64,000 nucleotides of DNA from Blepharisma stoltei ATCC 30299. Its lineage: Eukaryota; Protista; Ciliophora. Position numbers and translations under genes: made by a program. The number at the start of each line of letters is the position of its first letter. Positions within the stretch are counted from its first letter, which is position 1. The DNA lies in the NCBI GenBank assembly GCA_965603825.1, contig CBFDEM010000063.1, positions 124,001 to 188,000 on the forward strand, read 5' to 3'. Under the pieces are notes generated by a model, which worked only from the letters and a program-made list of their open reading frames with translations, was not told where the DNA came from and did not search any database. Below, one piece after another: positions 1-12,061 of the stretch.

Positions 1-3000
1 TCTCAGTTTTTCAACTAAAGGATGGAAATCAAGCCTAGCCCTTGCAATATATATAGACAGATGGTATGGGACTGGGTCTGGGTGGAAATACTGCAATAAT
101 CTTAAATAGAACGTTGCGTATAAGTTTCCTTCTTTATGAAGCTTTTTAAGTGTTGATAAAATGGCTGCAAGCCGAGACATTGCAAGATTTGGAATTCCAG
201 AGGTTCTTTTGATGTAGTCTACAAGGCATTCTGCAATAGAGACAGGCCTATAGTTAGAATTGAGCTCTTTGAAGTCATGCTCGTGCTTTCTGTCCATGAA
301 GTTTTCTAAGAACCTAAAGACATATAAAGTGCTGATTGGTGGCTCGTCTAAAACTCCTGCAACTTTAAGTGAGTGGGCTAAAAAGCTGCTTTCAATGGCA
401 AGTCTACTTTCTTCTTTCATGATCCTGATAGCAATATCATAGTATCTCTTAAGGCGGTCATCTATATAATCAGGGATTATTGTATCAATATCGATGATTT
501 CTTCTACCCTTATCTTTATAGATAGATATGATTTCCAGCGACTGAAGAAAAAGGAGTATTTACTAAACCCTGCAAAGATCACTGAAACCAATTTTTCTTT
601 CAGATGGAACTGATATTTGAGTAATAGCTTTTCATAGTGAGCTTTAATAATAACCATTTCACTTGAAATTTCTGAAATTCTGGTCTCAGATTTAGCAATT
701 ATTTCTTGAGCGAAAATTTCAGCTCTGATTTTTTCCTCCCTTAAGAAGCCGATAGTCTTTTGGTTGATTTCCATGTCTCTCCGCAGGATTATTACTTCTT
801 TTTGATATTCTTCAAGCCTTTCAATTTTTATTACGAGCTCAGATTGATAAGCGCTGAGAACTTTTATTTTTTGCTCTAAATAGCCGATATAAATGATTTT
901 TTCCTTAATTTCTTGGATCTGCAAATCTCTTATTTGGGAGACTTCAAAGTAAAATTCTTTGTATCTCCAACATTCTTCGAGCTGCAGCTCCAACTCAGTA
1001 ACTTCTTTATAAGTTTCTTCTATAATAACAGCCATTTCTTCATAGCCAGTTCTTCTTAAAAACTCTATTTTCAGCTTCAATCTCTCTATCATTTTCTCAT
1101 ATATCGTTATTTGGATCTTCAAGTCTGAAATTTCTTTTTCGTGGAATTTAATTGTAATTAAAAGTCTCTCAATTTCTACCTTTTTTTCCCTTATTTCGCT
1201 GACAGACACATCTAGTTCGTATTTAAGTCTCACTATTTTGCTAATTTTCTTCCTAATAGTTTCTTTAAATGTCTCAAATTGTTTTTCGTAATCTCTTATT
1301 GTTTCTTCTTTAATTTCTATGCTTCTAATCTTTAGTTTTATTTCGCTTTTTAGCTTCTCGTTTTCGCTTTCAAAAATAGCGATTTTTTCTGATTGTTCTC
1401 TGTACTCAATTTTAATCCTTTTAAGCTCTTTTTCTTTGCTTTCCAAAATTTCTTTGATATTCGTAATAGTAATTTCAAAAGTCGAGAATTTATTCTTATA
1501 TTCAATCAGCAGACTTTCTTTTTCCTGCAAGCTTTGCTGAAGAATTTCTATTAAGCATGCTTTTTCCTCAAAATTTTTCTTCAGCATTTCTATCGTAGTT
1601 TCATAGCGCTGCTTTTCTTTAGATATCGAGCTTTTAATATCTATGATCTCACTTCTTTTGCTTTGAATTTCTACTCTAAGTCTGCTAATAATTGACGAGT
1701 ACCTGTCCCTTATTTCTCTTCTGATATCTTCTAGCCTCTTCCACCTTTCTAATACAAACACAAATCTTTGAATTGCCCCTGAGAGCTTGACTTCGTGTTC
1801 TTCTCTATTGCATTCAATCGCCCTTACAAAATTCTCGATTTCGTCTTTAGACTGTTTAGAATCTTCTATAAGGATGCTTAAATCAGTTTCCCTGATGGCT
1901 CTTTCTATCATTTCTTCTGCAAGTTCATAGCTTTCTTCTATTTTTATGAAAAATCCATTGATTTTTTGTATCAGCATATGATGGAACCTCGATTGCCTAT
2001 GCTTGATATCTTTAACCCTCTGTAGATTTATCATGATCATGCTAAAAGTGTCAAAAATCCCTTGGGCGTCTGCAACTAGGTCAAATGACCTGTCCTTGAT
2101 TAAGCTATCAGCTTCAGCTTTTTCGCTTACAGTCCCACAAAACCTCAGCAAAACTGAAGAAATTGCTTCAACTTCTGTATCATCAAGCCACGTTTCTTCA
2201 ATAATCCATTTGATAAGCTCCACAATGATAGCTTTTAATGGGGTTGAGCTCGCAATAAGCTGTTTTTCATCTTCTAGATCTTTAGAAAGTTTAAAGCCTA
2301 ATGATATTGATTTAACGAGTTCTGAAATTTTTTTTCCATTTGGACAAGCAAGATTCTCTTTGAGCTCTGATACACCTAACAGCTTTTTAGGGTGGAAATG
2401 TTTTGCCATCGTTTCTAAGGTCTCATAGGAGCATTTTAAGAATTTATATTGTTTTTCTTCAATGCTTTTTAGAATTTCTATCATTTCTGCTTCATGGTTG
2501 TCTGTAGGCTTTCTATTGATAATAGCATCATAAATTTCTTTTTCAAGAGAAATTCTTTCGAAAATCCTTATAACGATTTGGCGAATATTCGTGATTTCTT
2601 CTCTTTTTAATTTAAATTCTCTTTCTTTAAATCTCTCGTATTCCATCCTGAGTTCTATAGACTGTTTGACTATTATTTCTGCCATGCCTAAAGCTTCTTG
2701 AACAGCTGATGCTTTTTCTCTATCAATTTGTTCAATCATTTGGAAAAACATAAAAAGCTGGTTATTTAGTGCTTTAAAAAGGCTGAATTGGCTTCTCCTG
2801 AACCCAGAATATTGGTCAATCGATCCTTGGTCTTTTCTCAAAATTGTTTGGGCGTTGATCCTTAAATCTTTTTCAGTCGAAATCTGCTGCTCTGTCCCAA
2901 AATACTTGGTAAACGATTCCAGCAGCGGGACAAGATCAGACTGTTCTTCTACCATCAGGTCTAAAATCCCACCAGAATTGCTACCACTTATGACTGTTTT

Positions 3001-4554
3001 TTCAGTTCTACTATATGAAACTGCCTGAGTGGTGACCCCTGCTCTTTTCGTCGTCGTAATTTTTATTTCTTCATCAATTTCTCTAAACACTTCTTTAATA
3101 GGCCTATTAATTCTTGACTCTAACAGCCTTAAAATAAGTTTCGAGTACTTATCTCCTAGATGAATAATATAGTCATTCGGCAAATCTCCCAATCTTCTAT
3201 AATCTTCATTGCATTTTAATATATGTTTATCTGCATTATGCCATTTCATTTCTGTCAAAATTTCTACAGCTTTTTGCAGTCTTAATATAATCCTGACTGC
3301 ATAGCTTGACAAATCGTCATCTTGGTGGTGGCGGGATTTATTAGAAATAATCTCTATCAGCTCATGGATTTTGGCGCTTACTTGGTTTTCTGATAAATAA
3401 GAGATTAACTGTTTAAAAATGGTATCAAGGTTTTTTGTAGTCTCTGGGAGATCGTCCCAGGCTGACTCAATGATCATTTTTGAGTCGTTAACGTGGTCAT
3501 CTCCTGCTAATTCTGCTAAAAACAGCAGCCTTTCTATATCATTTTCTTTTCTCTGCTTAAAAGCTCGCAATAAATCAATTGGGTCGACATCATTGCTGGA
3601 ACCGTCCAAAATTTTGGTCTTTGCCCTGACACTTTTCTTGGTCGGCTGTCTGGTAATCCCAGAAATTTTGGAAATTGTAGGAATTGACCCTTGAGAGGGC
3701 GAGCCCGACCTGATTTCTTCTATAGTTTCGGATTCTGAGATTTCTTTATATGCCCTTTTTTTGATGTCTTCAAAAACGTTTCCTAAAGAAACAAGTTCTG
3801 TTATTTTTGAAGTGAGAGAAATCGGCTGGTCAAAATCTGGGTCAATAAGGCTATTTAAATCACTGGTTAGCTTATTGGCTTCTTGCAAAAGACTGCTTGA
3901 TAGCGCCCTTATTGATTTTATAGTATTGGTAGAAGACTCAATTAATGCTTTTTGCTGCTTATACAGGTCATTAAGCAAGTTTAGCAGCTTAGCTTTTTCA
4001 ATTTCTAGCTGGTGAATAGGTACCTGGCCTATGTCTGGGCTTTTTCTATGGAAATCCGTTTCTGATTCGGAGTCGGCGATTTTTTCTTTTCCCCAGAATT
4101 TCTCAGAAAAATCTTCGATACCAGTAGAAGTAAATTTTGGTTCTGCCAGCCTTGTACGTGGCTTTACGACTTCTTTATGCTTTTCTGTGCTGATGTCCCA
4201 ATGGGTATGATGCTCTTGGTCGTTTGAGTAGATAACAACAATTCCCCATTCATAGGTTTCTTTAAGCCAAGTTTTTGAAACGACATAAGAGTCGTCTTTA
4301 TAATGCCAATTCTCGTAGAAATAAGTATCTGAGTCTTTGTCATGGCTGAATTTTTCACCTGTCTGAGAGGTAAAATCAAACCATTGGTACATGTCGCAAT
4401 TTCTCAATGTTGAAAACACGACTTGGATTGAAGGTGAATGCTCATAATGTTGTTTAGCCTCAGTAAATTTGCGGAAAATAGGCATTGATTGAAAGCCTTT
4501 TATTGAGTGAGAAGGGTAGGAGTTTGACTTCCAAAGCTGAAAATTTGACGCCAT
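1..4554 (-). CDS. Very large coiled-coil protein (>1500 aa), 3' end runs off the left edge of the window
   Basis: ATG at 4554 (MASNFQLWKSNSYP...); the same frame is open at both ends I translated (…YATFYLRLLQYFHPDPVPYHLSIYIARARLDFHPLVEKLR at position 1), and the middle is E/K/I/L-rich coiled coil. Probably absent from the ORF track because no stop lies in the window. I did not translate every internal codon. Confidence 0.8.
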   Translation of the reverse strand, partial: MASNFQLWKSNSYPSHSIKGFQSMPIFRKFTEAKQHYEHSPSIQVVFSTLRNCDMYQWFDFTSQTGEKFSHDKDSDTYFYENWHYKDDSYVVSKTWLKETYEWGIVVIYSNDQEHHTHWDISTEKHKEVVKPRTRLAEPKFTSTGIEDFSEKFWGKEKIADSESETDFHRKSPDIGQVPIHQLEIEKAKLLNLLNDLYKQQKALIESSTNTIKSIRALSSSLLQEANKLTSDLNSLIDPDFDQPISLTSKITELVSLGNVFEDIKKRAYKEISESETIEEIRSGSPSQGSIPTISKISGITRQPTKKSVRAKTKILDGSSNDVDPIDLLRAFKQRKENDIERLLFLAELAGDDHVNDSKMIIESAWDDLPETTKNLDTIFKQLISYLSENQVSAKIHELIEIISNKSRHHQDDDLSSYAVRIILRLQKAVEILTEMKWHNADKHILKCNEDYRRLGDLPNDYIIHLGDKYSKLILRLLESRINRPIKEVFREIDEEIKITTTKRAGVTTQAVSYSRTEKTVISGSNSGGILDLMVEEQSDLVPLLESFTKYFGTEQQISTEKDLRINAQTILRKDQGSIDQYSGFRRSQFSLFKALNNQLFMFFQMIEQIDREKASAVQEALGMAEIIVKQSIELRMEYERFKEREFKLKREEITNIRQIVIRIFERISLEKEIYDAIINRKPTDNHEAEMIEILKSIEEKQYKFLKCSYETLETMAKHFHPKKLLGVSELKENLACPNGKKISELVKSISLGFKLSKDLEDEKQLIASSTPLKAIIVELIKWIIEETWLDDTEVEAISSVLLRFCGTVSEKAEADSLIKDRSFDLVADAQGIFDTFSMIMINLQRVKDIKHRQSRFHHMLIQKINGFFIKIEESYELAEEMIERAIRETDLSILIEDSKQSKDEIENFVRAIECNREEHEVKLSGAIQRFVFVLERWKRLEDIRREIRDRYSSIISRLRVEIQSKRSEIIDIKSSISKEKQRYETTIEMLKKNFEEKACLIEILQQSLQEKESLLIEYKNKFSTFEITITNIKEILESKEKELKRIKIEYREQSEKIAIFESENEKLKSEIKLKIRSIEIKEETIRDYEKQFETFKETIRKKISKIVRLKYELDVSVSEIREKKVEIERLLITIKFHEKEISDLKIQITIYEKMIERLKLKIEFLRRTGYEEMAVIIEETYKEVTELELQLEECWRYKEFYFEVSQIRDLQIQEIKEKIIYIGYLEQKIKVLSAYQSELVIKIERLEEYQKEVIILRRDMEINQKTIGFLREEKIRAEIFAQEIIAKSETRISEISSEMVIIKAHYEKLLLKYQFHLKEKLVSVIFAGFSKYSFFFSRWKSYLSIKIRVEEIIDIDTIIPDYIDDRLKRYYDIAIRIMKEESRLAIESSFLAHSLKVAGVLDEPPISTLYVFRFLENFMDRKHEHDFKELNSNYRPVSIAECLVDYIKRTSGIPNLAMSRLAAILSTLKKLHKEGNLYATFYLRLLQYFHPDPVPYHLSIYIARARLDFHPLVEKLR

Positions 4555-5868
4555 TAATTATAGACGAATTGATAATATAGGAAATATTAGGGTAATAATA
4601 TGAGAAAAAGATGGCCAGCCAAAACCATAAGAAAATTTTTTATATGCAAAATAGAGAAAAACTAATGTAAAGAAGTAAGGATTTTTGAGCAAAAATTGAA
4701 AATAAAGATAATAACTGATTTATAATAGTTCGCAAGGAAAATTAAAAATTTTATATTTTTTGAGCTGGTGAAAATATTTTCCTCCTTCAGTTTTAAGTCT
4801 TATCTAGTCTTTTTGGAGCTTAAGCCTGCTTTTTAGGATGCTTTTGATAAGTTTCCATGAGAGTTATTGGTAAATAACTGTGTGATGCTCCATATTATAA
4901 ATCATGAATACAATTAAATTGATAATTTAATCAAAGCAATTGATTCTGCTGAGAATATTAACTTTTTTTCTTTTTACTTTTGGAATGATAAAGCTTTTTA
5001 TTTAACCTTTAAATTTATTTCTGTTATGTTATAATGATCCTCTCTAAGTTATAATTTTTATTATAAGAATATAAATAAAAGCTCTATATGTTTTTAAAAG
5101 ATTAAATAAACTTAAAGTCAATATTATTTAAATAGCACAAGAAAGAAGATTTCAATACAAATTACTAATTTCATAGATTAATAAAATTAGTAATTAAAAT
5201 CGAAAGGCTTCTTTTGTTAGTATTTCATCTTTTATGCAATTATTGCTCGACCATTTTTGTCACCAAATAAAATCCTTTAAGACTGCATCTAGCTTATAAA
5301 AACGAAAGGAATTATAGTTAGCAAAAATCACTTACTATCGTATCAAATTAATTATTTAAGACTTTAAATCTCTATAATACAAAATGCGTTACAAAATATG
5401 CATAATTTTTTAAGAATTTAAAGCATTTATTCAAATTAAATCAAGCCTTTTATTTAATGTAATTAAGCCAGCTTAAAAAGACCTTATAAATGCATATTTA
5501 AAATAAAATTTAAATTACAATTTTTGCTTTCAAAAGTTTTACTTCAGATTAGTAGACTGTTATAGCTTTAATTTGGCAAACTCTCTGTAAATTTTTGGTA
5601 AAATATTTTGTAAATAATGATAATTACTAAAATGCATTTCCATTTAGAGTTAGATTTTATTTTAAATCAAGTCAAAACAATACGTTTTAAATTATATCTG
5701 AGAGTTATCTATTTCATTAAAGACAACTAAGATTTTTATTTACTCCTCCCTTGAATAGCTAAGCAAGGAGAGCTAGAAATTTTATTAACTATAATATCCA
5801 ATATTACTTGAAAATCAATGTAGGAGAAACAAATGCATCAGAAATGAATAATAATTAATTCACCTTCA

Positions 5869-7158
5869 ATGAAGTGCTGGCATAATCATTGTAACTCTAA
5901 GCTAGAATTCACCTGCCCTTGTGCAAATCCGCCAGTTTACTCATGCGGGCTTCATATAGTAGAGCATTTAAGAGATGAGAGCCTTCAAGGTCATCATCCT
6001 GAAAATCTCTTCACTAAGCCAAAACCAGAGACCAAAAAAGCGCTGATTGAGCAGCTCGCCAAATTATCGTCAGATTTATCCACTGTCAGGGAAAACCTAA
6101 TAAAGCAGGTATCAGAGAAGGTAAATGCTTTGGTTTCCCAGATGAAAAAATCTTTAGAAGAAATCGATAGAATGAAGGAGGAGCAGCAAAATTTAATACA
6201 GAAAATAAACTCAACATCAGAAATTTCTAAAGAAAACAGAAGCTTTATTGAAGAATTACTCAGTCTTTCACCTGAAGAAGCTGTAAAAATGCTTAAAGAT
6301 CTAAAATTTACAATAGAAGACGTAAAATTAGATAAAACCCCAGAATGCTCCCCAACGAAAATAGAAGAAAAAGTAGAGACAAGGACAATCTCAAGGGAAA
6401 GCTTTGAAATGGAAGTTGACGAAATTGTAGTTTTCAGGAACAGCACAAAGAAAATCGCTAGAGTAAATTTAGCCACTTTTAACACCACAGAAGTAGAAGT
6501 AGAAGTCGCTGATCCTATTTTTTACTATGTAGCAATGTGCGAAATCCCTAACACTGGAGTTTTTTGCTTTGGAAACTGAAACCCTTGTAGAGGCACAGCG
6601 TATATAATTTATCCTGATAGTCGCATAAAGCAGCTTGAAGATGGAGCTCCATGCTGCTATTCTGGAGCAGTTTACTATAAAAAGGCAGTTTATGTATTTG
6701 GTGGGTGCAGTGGCAATTATTTGACTTTGGCTGAAAAATATAATTTTACGACAGAAAAATGGGAAAAACTGAGCCCGATGCCTGATGCTTCTCATTTAGT
6801 AACGACTTTAGTCTATAATTGTCAGATTTTGCTGTCTGGGTACCATCATAGCAAACTTTATAGCTACGATATTAATTATGATACCTATTTAGAAGTCCTT
6901 GATCTGAAGCCAGATGTATGCAGAATGCTTTGCAAAGGAAACGACAAAGCTTATTTAATAGAATGGACTGGACAGATTTATGAATGCGAATATAATATAA
7001 GTTCATGGAGAGTTGTAGGAGAAGCACTGCCATCAATGGGATGCCCAATTGGCTATGGGTCAATTTATAAAGGATTCAGCTATTTTGTTGACCACACTTT
7101 TACTTTATATCAGTTTGATTTAGGCCAATTGAAGATAAATAAGTCCAAACAAGTTTAA
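5869..7158 (+). CDS. B-box-like Zn module + coiled coil + Kelch-like beta-propeller protein (429 aa)
   Basis: ORFs 5869-6579 and 6721-7158 join in frame through TGA=Trp at 6577 (FCFGN-W-NPC). Kelch motif VYVFGG...AEKYN...KWEKLSPMP; ends TAA. Confidence 0.85.
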
Positions 7159-7243
7159 TAATTAAGCCTTATTATCCTCTTAAAAAAATTGCACCTATTA
7201 ATTTTTTATAAAATAATTACAAAATAATTTATATAAATAAATC

Positions 7244-8593
7244 TTAATAAACTTTGCCTTTAATTAACCTCTGCAACCTAGCTTTCTTTATTGGAACAAA
7301 ATTGTTCGGGAGTATTCTGGTCTTTATTTTTACACATTCTACCTGAAAATCTCCTCTTTCCCTATTGATTTCTTGTGAGCGACTTTTCAGACTTCTGGAT
7401 CTGAAACTAATAGATTTTAGTTTTTTACAAAACCATCTGTGCCCTACCGCTTCTTCAGGAGGGATTCTATTTTCGGGATTAGGATCAGTCAACCTTTTAA
7501 TTAGGTTGATAGCATCCTTTGATACGTATTTTCATACATGGTCATTGAAATTTATTATACACTCAGTGTTTTTTACAAGGATGTCTTTTACTGACTCACT
7601 GTAAAAAGGCATTTTTCCGGATAATAATATATACATAATGATCCCTACAGAAAATAAATCACTTTTGGTGCCGTATGGCTGCCTTCTGAGAATCTCAGGG
7701 GCGATATAGCCGGGGGTGCCACATCTGAGCTTTAGATCTCCAGAGGCTTCTGTTGCTAATCCAAAATCAGCAAGCTTAAAATCGTAGTCATTTTCATAGG
7801 AATCCATAAGGATGTTTTCAAGCTTTATATCTCTATGCACAATATTTTGGGAATTTAAGTAATCTAGTACACATAAAAGTTTTTGGCTCAATTTAGCCAC
7901 GTCTCTCTCAGTGAAATTATCTTTCATGAGAACTCTGGTATACAGGTCTTCGCCTTTGGCATAATCTAGAACTAAATGTACGTGGTCTTCATCTTCATAA
8001 ATTTTATGAAGTTTTATTATATTTGGATGATTTAATTTTCTCATAATTTTTATTTCCTTTATGAGTGCTTCGTAGTTTTCTTGGCTTCCTTTGATTTCAA
8101 GCTTATCGATAGATTTTATGGCATACTTTTTACAATCTTTTCGATGTTTACCAAGGAAAACCTTAGAGTAGGCTCCTCTTCCTAGAACTATTTCAAGCTC
8201 ATAATCATCTTCGAGATCTGTTAGAATCCCTACGTATGACAGTTTGTCAAGCCATAAGTCCAGCTCTTCTTTATTCTTTACATAAAAATCGTGGCTTGCA
8301 TTCTGGTGTCCAAGGCTAAAGCCATATCTAGTAATGTCGTCTTTCTCCTCCACAAAAGGCTCGATCAGCTTCCATTGGATATTTACAGTACTTACAGGGA
8401 CTTTCGAGCCAGCTTCAAGTTTGATTAGGGCTTTATCAGACAAAATGTAAGTGTTTTCTATTAGAAAACCCGGCTTTTTAGCCTCTGATAGCTGCCATTT
8501 GAAGACTTCTTTTATTTCTTCGTTGTTGAAAGGCGTTCAAAACTCGTAAGAGCCTTGCTCAACTTGGTTTATCGATAAGAATACTGACTGCAT
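7244..8593 (-). CDS. CAMK-group Ser/Thr kinase with N-terminal PH-like region (449 aa)
   Basis: ATG 8593; TGA=Trp at 8537-8539 (YEF-W) and 7532 (DHV-W-KYVSKDA). GRGAYS, AIK, HRDIKLEN, DFG and APE motifs present; ends TAA. Confidence 0.9.
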
Positions 8594-9491
8594 AACAAAA
8601 TAAACTTAATTTTAAAATAGAGAAAACTAAGTGGTTCATATTTAAGATTTCGATCCAGTGTAAGAGTTACGTCATATTTATAAAAATAACTTTTCTCAGG
8701 TCTTTTCTTGATCTTTATAAAGCCATAATTTAGAGAATAATTATGGATAGCTGCCAGATGATCAAATGCTTTTAGAGGAATTAAACTGCCAGTTTTAGCT
8801 AAATTAGTCGAAAACTAATTAAAAATGCTCTAGCTTTTTTATGAGTAAATAAAGCAGAATGTAATAGACCGAAGTGAAGTAGGCAAACCCAAAATTACTT
8901 TTATCATTGCTGACCATTTTTATTATGCAACATCCAGAATAGGATAATGATAAATTTAAAAGGGAAAATATTCTTCTGATATAATGCACCTTGAAAATTT
9001 AAAATATAAGCATATTTTAGTTCATTTGGTTTTATTGGCATCTAATAAGCATATAAATTTGAAAATATTTGTAAATTTAAATTAATCGATTTTTAAGCTT
9101 ACATTTATTTTATTTAACCCGATTTAATTTTAAATCATTATTTATTCCTTAAATTAAAAATTCTGTCAAATCGATATTTCAAAAAAAATCCAATAAAGTG
9201 CTCCAATAATTCGCAGCAATTAAAATAAGATTAAAAAATAAAGGCAAAGCATTGAAAACTTCTTTAATATTCTTAATAATATAATATTAAATTTCTTATA
9301 TAAGTTTTAATTTTGAAATAAAAAAAATGAATAGGTAGAGAATTCTGAATTTCTGTTCAAAAGCTCGTGATATTGGAAAATAAATGAAAATTTTAAAAAT
9401 ATAAGATTTAATAATATATTACTGTCAAAATAACTGATAAAATAGACTAATATGGTCTTCTTTTTAATAAAATCTGTAATTATATTATTGA

Positions 9492-10730
9492 ATGTCAATA
9501 TTTTCAACATTAGACAAAAGTTCTCAAAATCTGGCTGAATTTTGGAAATCCTACAGCAATATCAATTTAACCCTTCAAGAGCTGCATCGGGGAAAACTTT
9601 TGGAGGTAATAGACATTGGTGTTGCTATAGAACGAAATTTTGTCCTAACAAAAAAACATTTAATAAAACTGGATTTATCAGAAAAGCCAGAAATGATAGC
9701 ATCGCTTGAGTGGAAGCTAATATCAGCTTTTCAAGAAAATCAGAAAAATAATGACAGACATTGAAGACTCATATACACTTGAAAAAAATATCGGGAGGGG
9801 TGGGAACTCTACAGTTTATTTGGCAAAAAGCGTTACAAGCTCAACAATGTTCGCTGTGAAATCTATTTCAAAAAGCTTGACTACTCAAAGCATAGAATCA
9901 ATTGCAAGTGAAATTAAAATCATGAGGAAGCTCAATCATCCTAATATAACTCACTTGCATCAAGTATTTGAAAGTGACACCCATATTTACATGATTTTAG
10001 ACTATGCTAAAGGAGGCAGCTTATATGAAAAAATTATCAAAAAACAGACCCTCCCTGAGACTTCAGTGCTTAAATTTTGCAGAGAATTGCTAAAGGTACT
10101 CAAGTATTTAAACTCAAAAAAAATCGTGCACAGAGATATTAAATTAGAGAACATTTTACTAGACAGTCAAGATGATAATCTTGATTTTAAATTAGCTGAC
10201 TTTGGCTTAGCAACAAAAATAACTGGTGAGCTAACATTAAGATGTGGATCACCAGGATATATTGCCCCAGAAATCCTAAGAAAAGAGAAATATGGGTACA
10301 AAGTTGACATTTTTGGAGCTGGGGTTATTTATATACTTTACTTACAGGGAAAATGCCATTTTTTGGGTATTTTCAAGAAAAAGTGTTAGAGAAAAACAGG
10401 GAGTGCAATATAAATTTCCATGATGTTAATTTGCACAATATCTCCAAAGAATGCATTGAGTTACTTCAAAAAATGACTTGTCCATGCCCAGGGCTACGAA
10501 TTTCTCCACGAAGAGCATTAAAACATAAATGTTTTTCAAAATATTTCCCAAGAAAAAAACCATTTAATCAGTCTATAAGCATGTTTGAGTGCAAAAGCTC
10601 AAGAAAAGACTTAATAACTCTTTCAGCATCTTTGGAGATTTTGCAAGCTAAAACTATTGTCCTAAAAACAAATTTTATGCCCATGAAGAAAGTTGATGAA
10701 CTAAGAAGAAAACTTATGAAATTAATATAA
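9492..10730 (+). pseudogene. Disrupted paralogue of the PH-like/CAMK kinase
   Basis: Three ORF pieces are collinear with the intact paralogue at 15450-16778. About 37 codons are missing with a frameshift at ~9747-9750, and a 1-nt deletion at ~10330 (GTT ATT TA TAT ACT TTA) shifts frame again. Confidence 0.7.
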
Positions 10731-11766
10731 TTAAGCTTTGAGAATTTTAATAAAATTTTTTGTTTTTCTAGGAATTCATATCATTCTCAGCCTATTTATT
10801 TGATAGATTTTAAATGCTAAATAAGGAGATATTGCTAAGATAAAACAGTTCAATAGAATCTTATTTTTTATTAATTTCAGCATTATAACTCTTTAATGTA
10901 CAAAATTTATTCTGCCTATTCGTTTATTGAAAGGCTCTATTATTTTTATTGGACATTTTAGCTAGTTTATATTTTTATAAAAATTTTATCAGGCCAAACA
11001 TTTCTGTAAGAGTATTAGTCTCTAATAGTTTACCTTTCAAAAGACCATCTAATTATCAAGCTGAAATATGCAAAAATTCGATAGATCATGCTTAATTTTT
11101 TATAAATAATATTTGCATAATAGTGGCTTATATTTAAAAATTCACTTATCGAATTAATTGCATTTTTGTGCTAATTCGTTATAATTTGGATAATTAAATA
11201 GTTTAAATGTATAAATTTATAAGTAAATCTTTAAAACTGATTTTATTATTCATTTTTTAATAGAAGCTCTAGATGTCTAAAATTTTATAAAACTAAATTA
11301 GTAAGTTTGAGGTTAATTAGACAATAAACATTGAAAAATTGTTTATTTTGAATATCGTGGATAAAATAAATAAAATAGAATCTACTATGCAATTATGTGG
11401 CATTATATGAAGGAATAGAATATATAAAACTATAAATTTAAAAAATAAAATTTTTGGTTTGTGATTATTCAAGCAAAATTATTTATATTATCTAGCTGTT
11501 TATTTCTAACATCAGCGTTAGAACTGCTTTATAAATTGTATTTAATTCTCTGAATAGCTGAATAGGATAAAAGCTATAGAGCTCAAATATGGCCTGCTAT
11601 ATTTCTAAGCCACTAATTAGCCATTAAGCCTAAACCATTAGACTTCTCAACAGTAGCAGGCCAAGAAAAGATTTATTATGACGTAATTTATATCAATTTT
11701 TAAATGGAGATGAAATTATATAAAATTCTATCGTAATTTCTCTATTTAGACAGTATGAATAGTTTG

Positions 11767-12030
11767 GTGCAATATATTCCTTGGATGCTTAATTTTTGAT
11801 ATACCTGAACTACAAATTTCTCCACGAAGAGCCTAAGAGCATAAATGCTTTTCAAGGTATCATATAAGAAACGGTCATCAAATCAATATGGGCGAAAACG
11901 CTCAAGTAAATGCAAAATAGATATCGCAAAATCCTTAAAAATTTCACAGACTCAAATCATTGTTCTCAAACAAATTTTGCACCAATTAAGAGAGCAATTG
12001 AACTAAGGCAAAAGCTCATGAAAATGATAA
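11767..12030 (+). pseudogene. Degraded 3' fragment of the same kinase
   Basis: tttctccacgaagagc..cataaatg.ttt and aacaaatttt...gaactaag...atgaaa match the 10490-10730 region, with stops and indels. Confidence 0.75.
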
Positions 12031-12061
12031 AACTATTAATTGAAAAAATTAAATTATGTAA

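Noticed and set aside
260-4379. Plus-strand ORFs at 260-4015 and the minus ORF 4164-4379
   Set aside because: Antisense or off-frame shadows of the large minus-strand gene starting at 4554. The same applies to most short overlapping ORFs in the track (e.g. 5994-6488, 22671-22991, 45824-46465).
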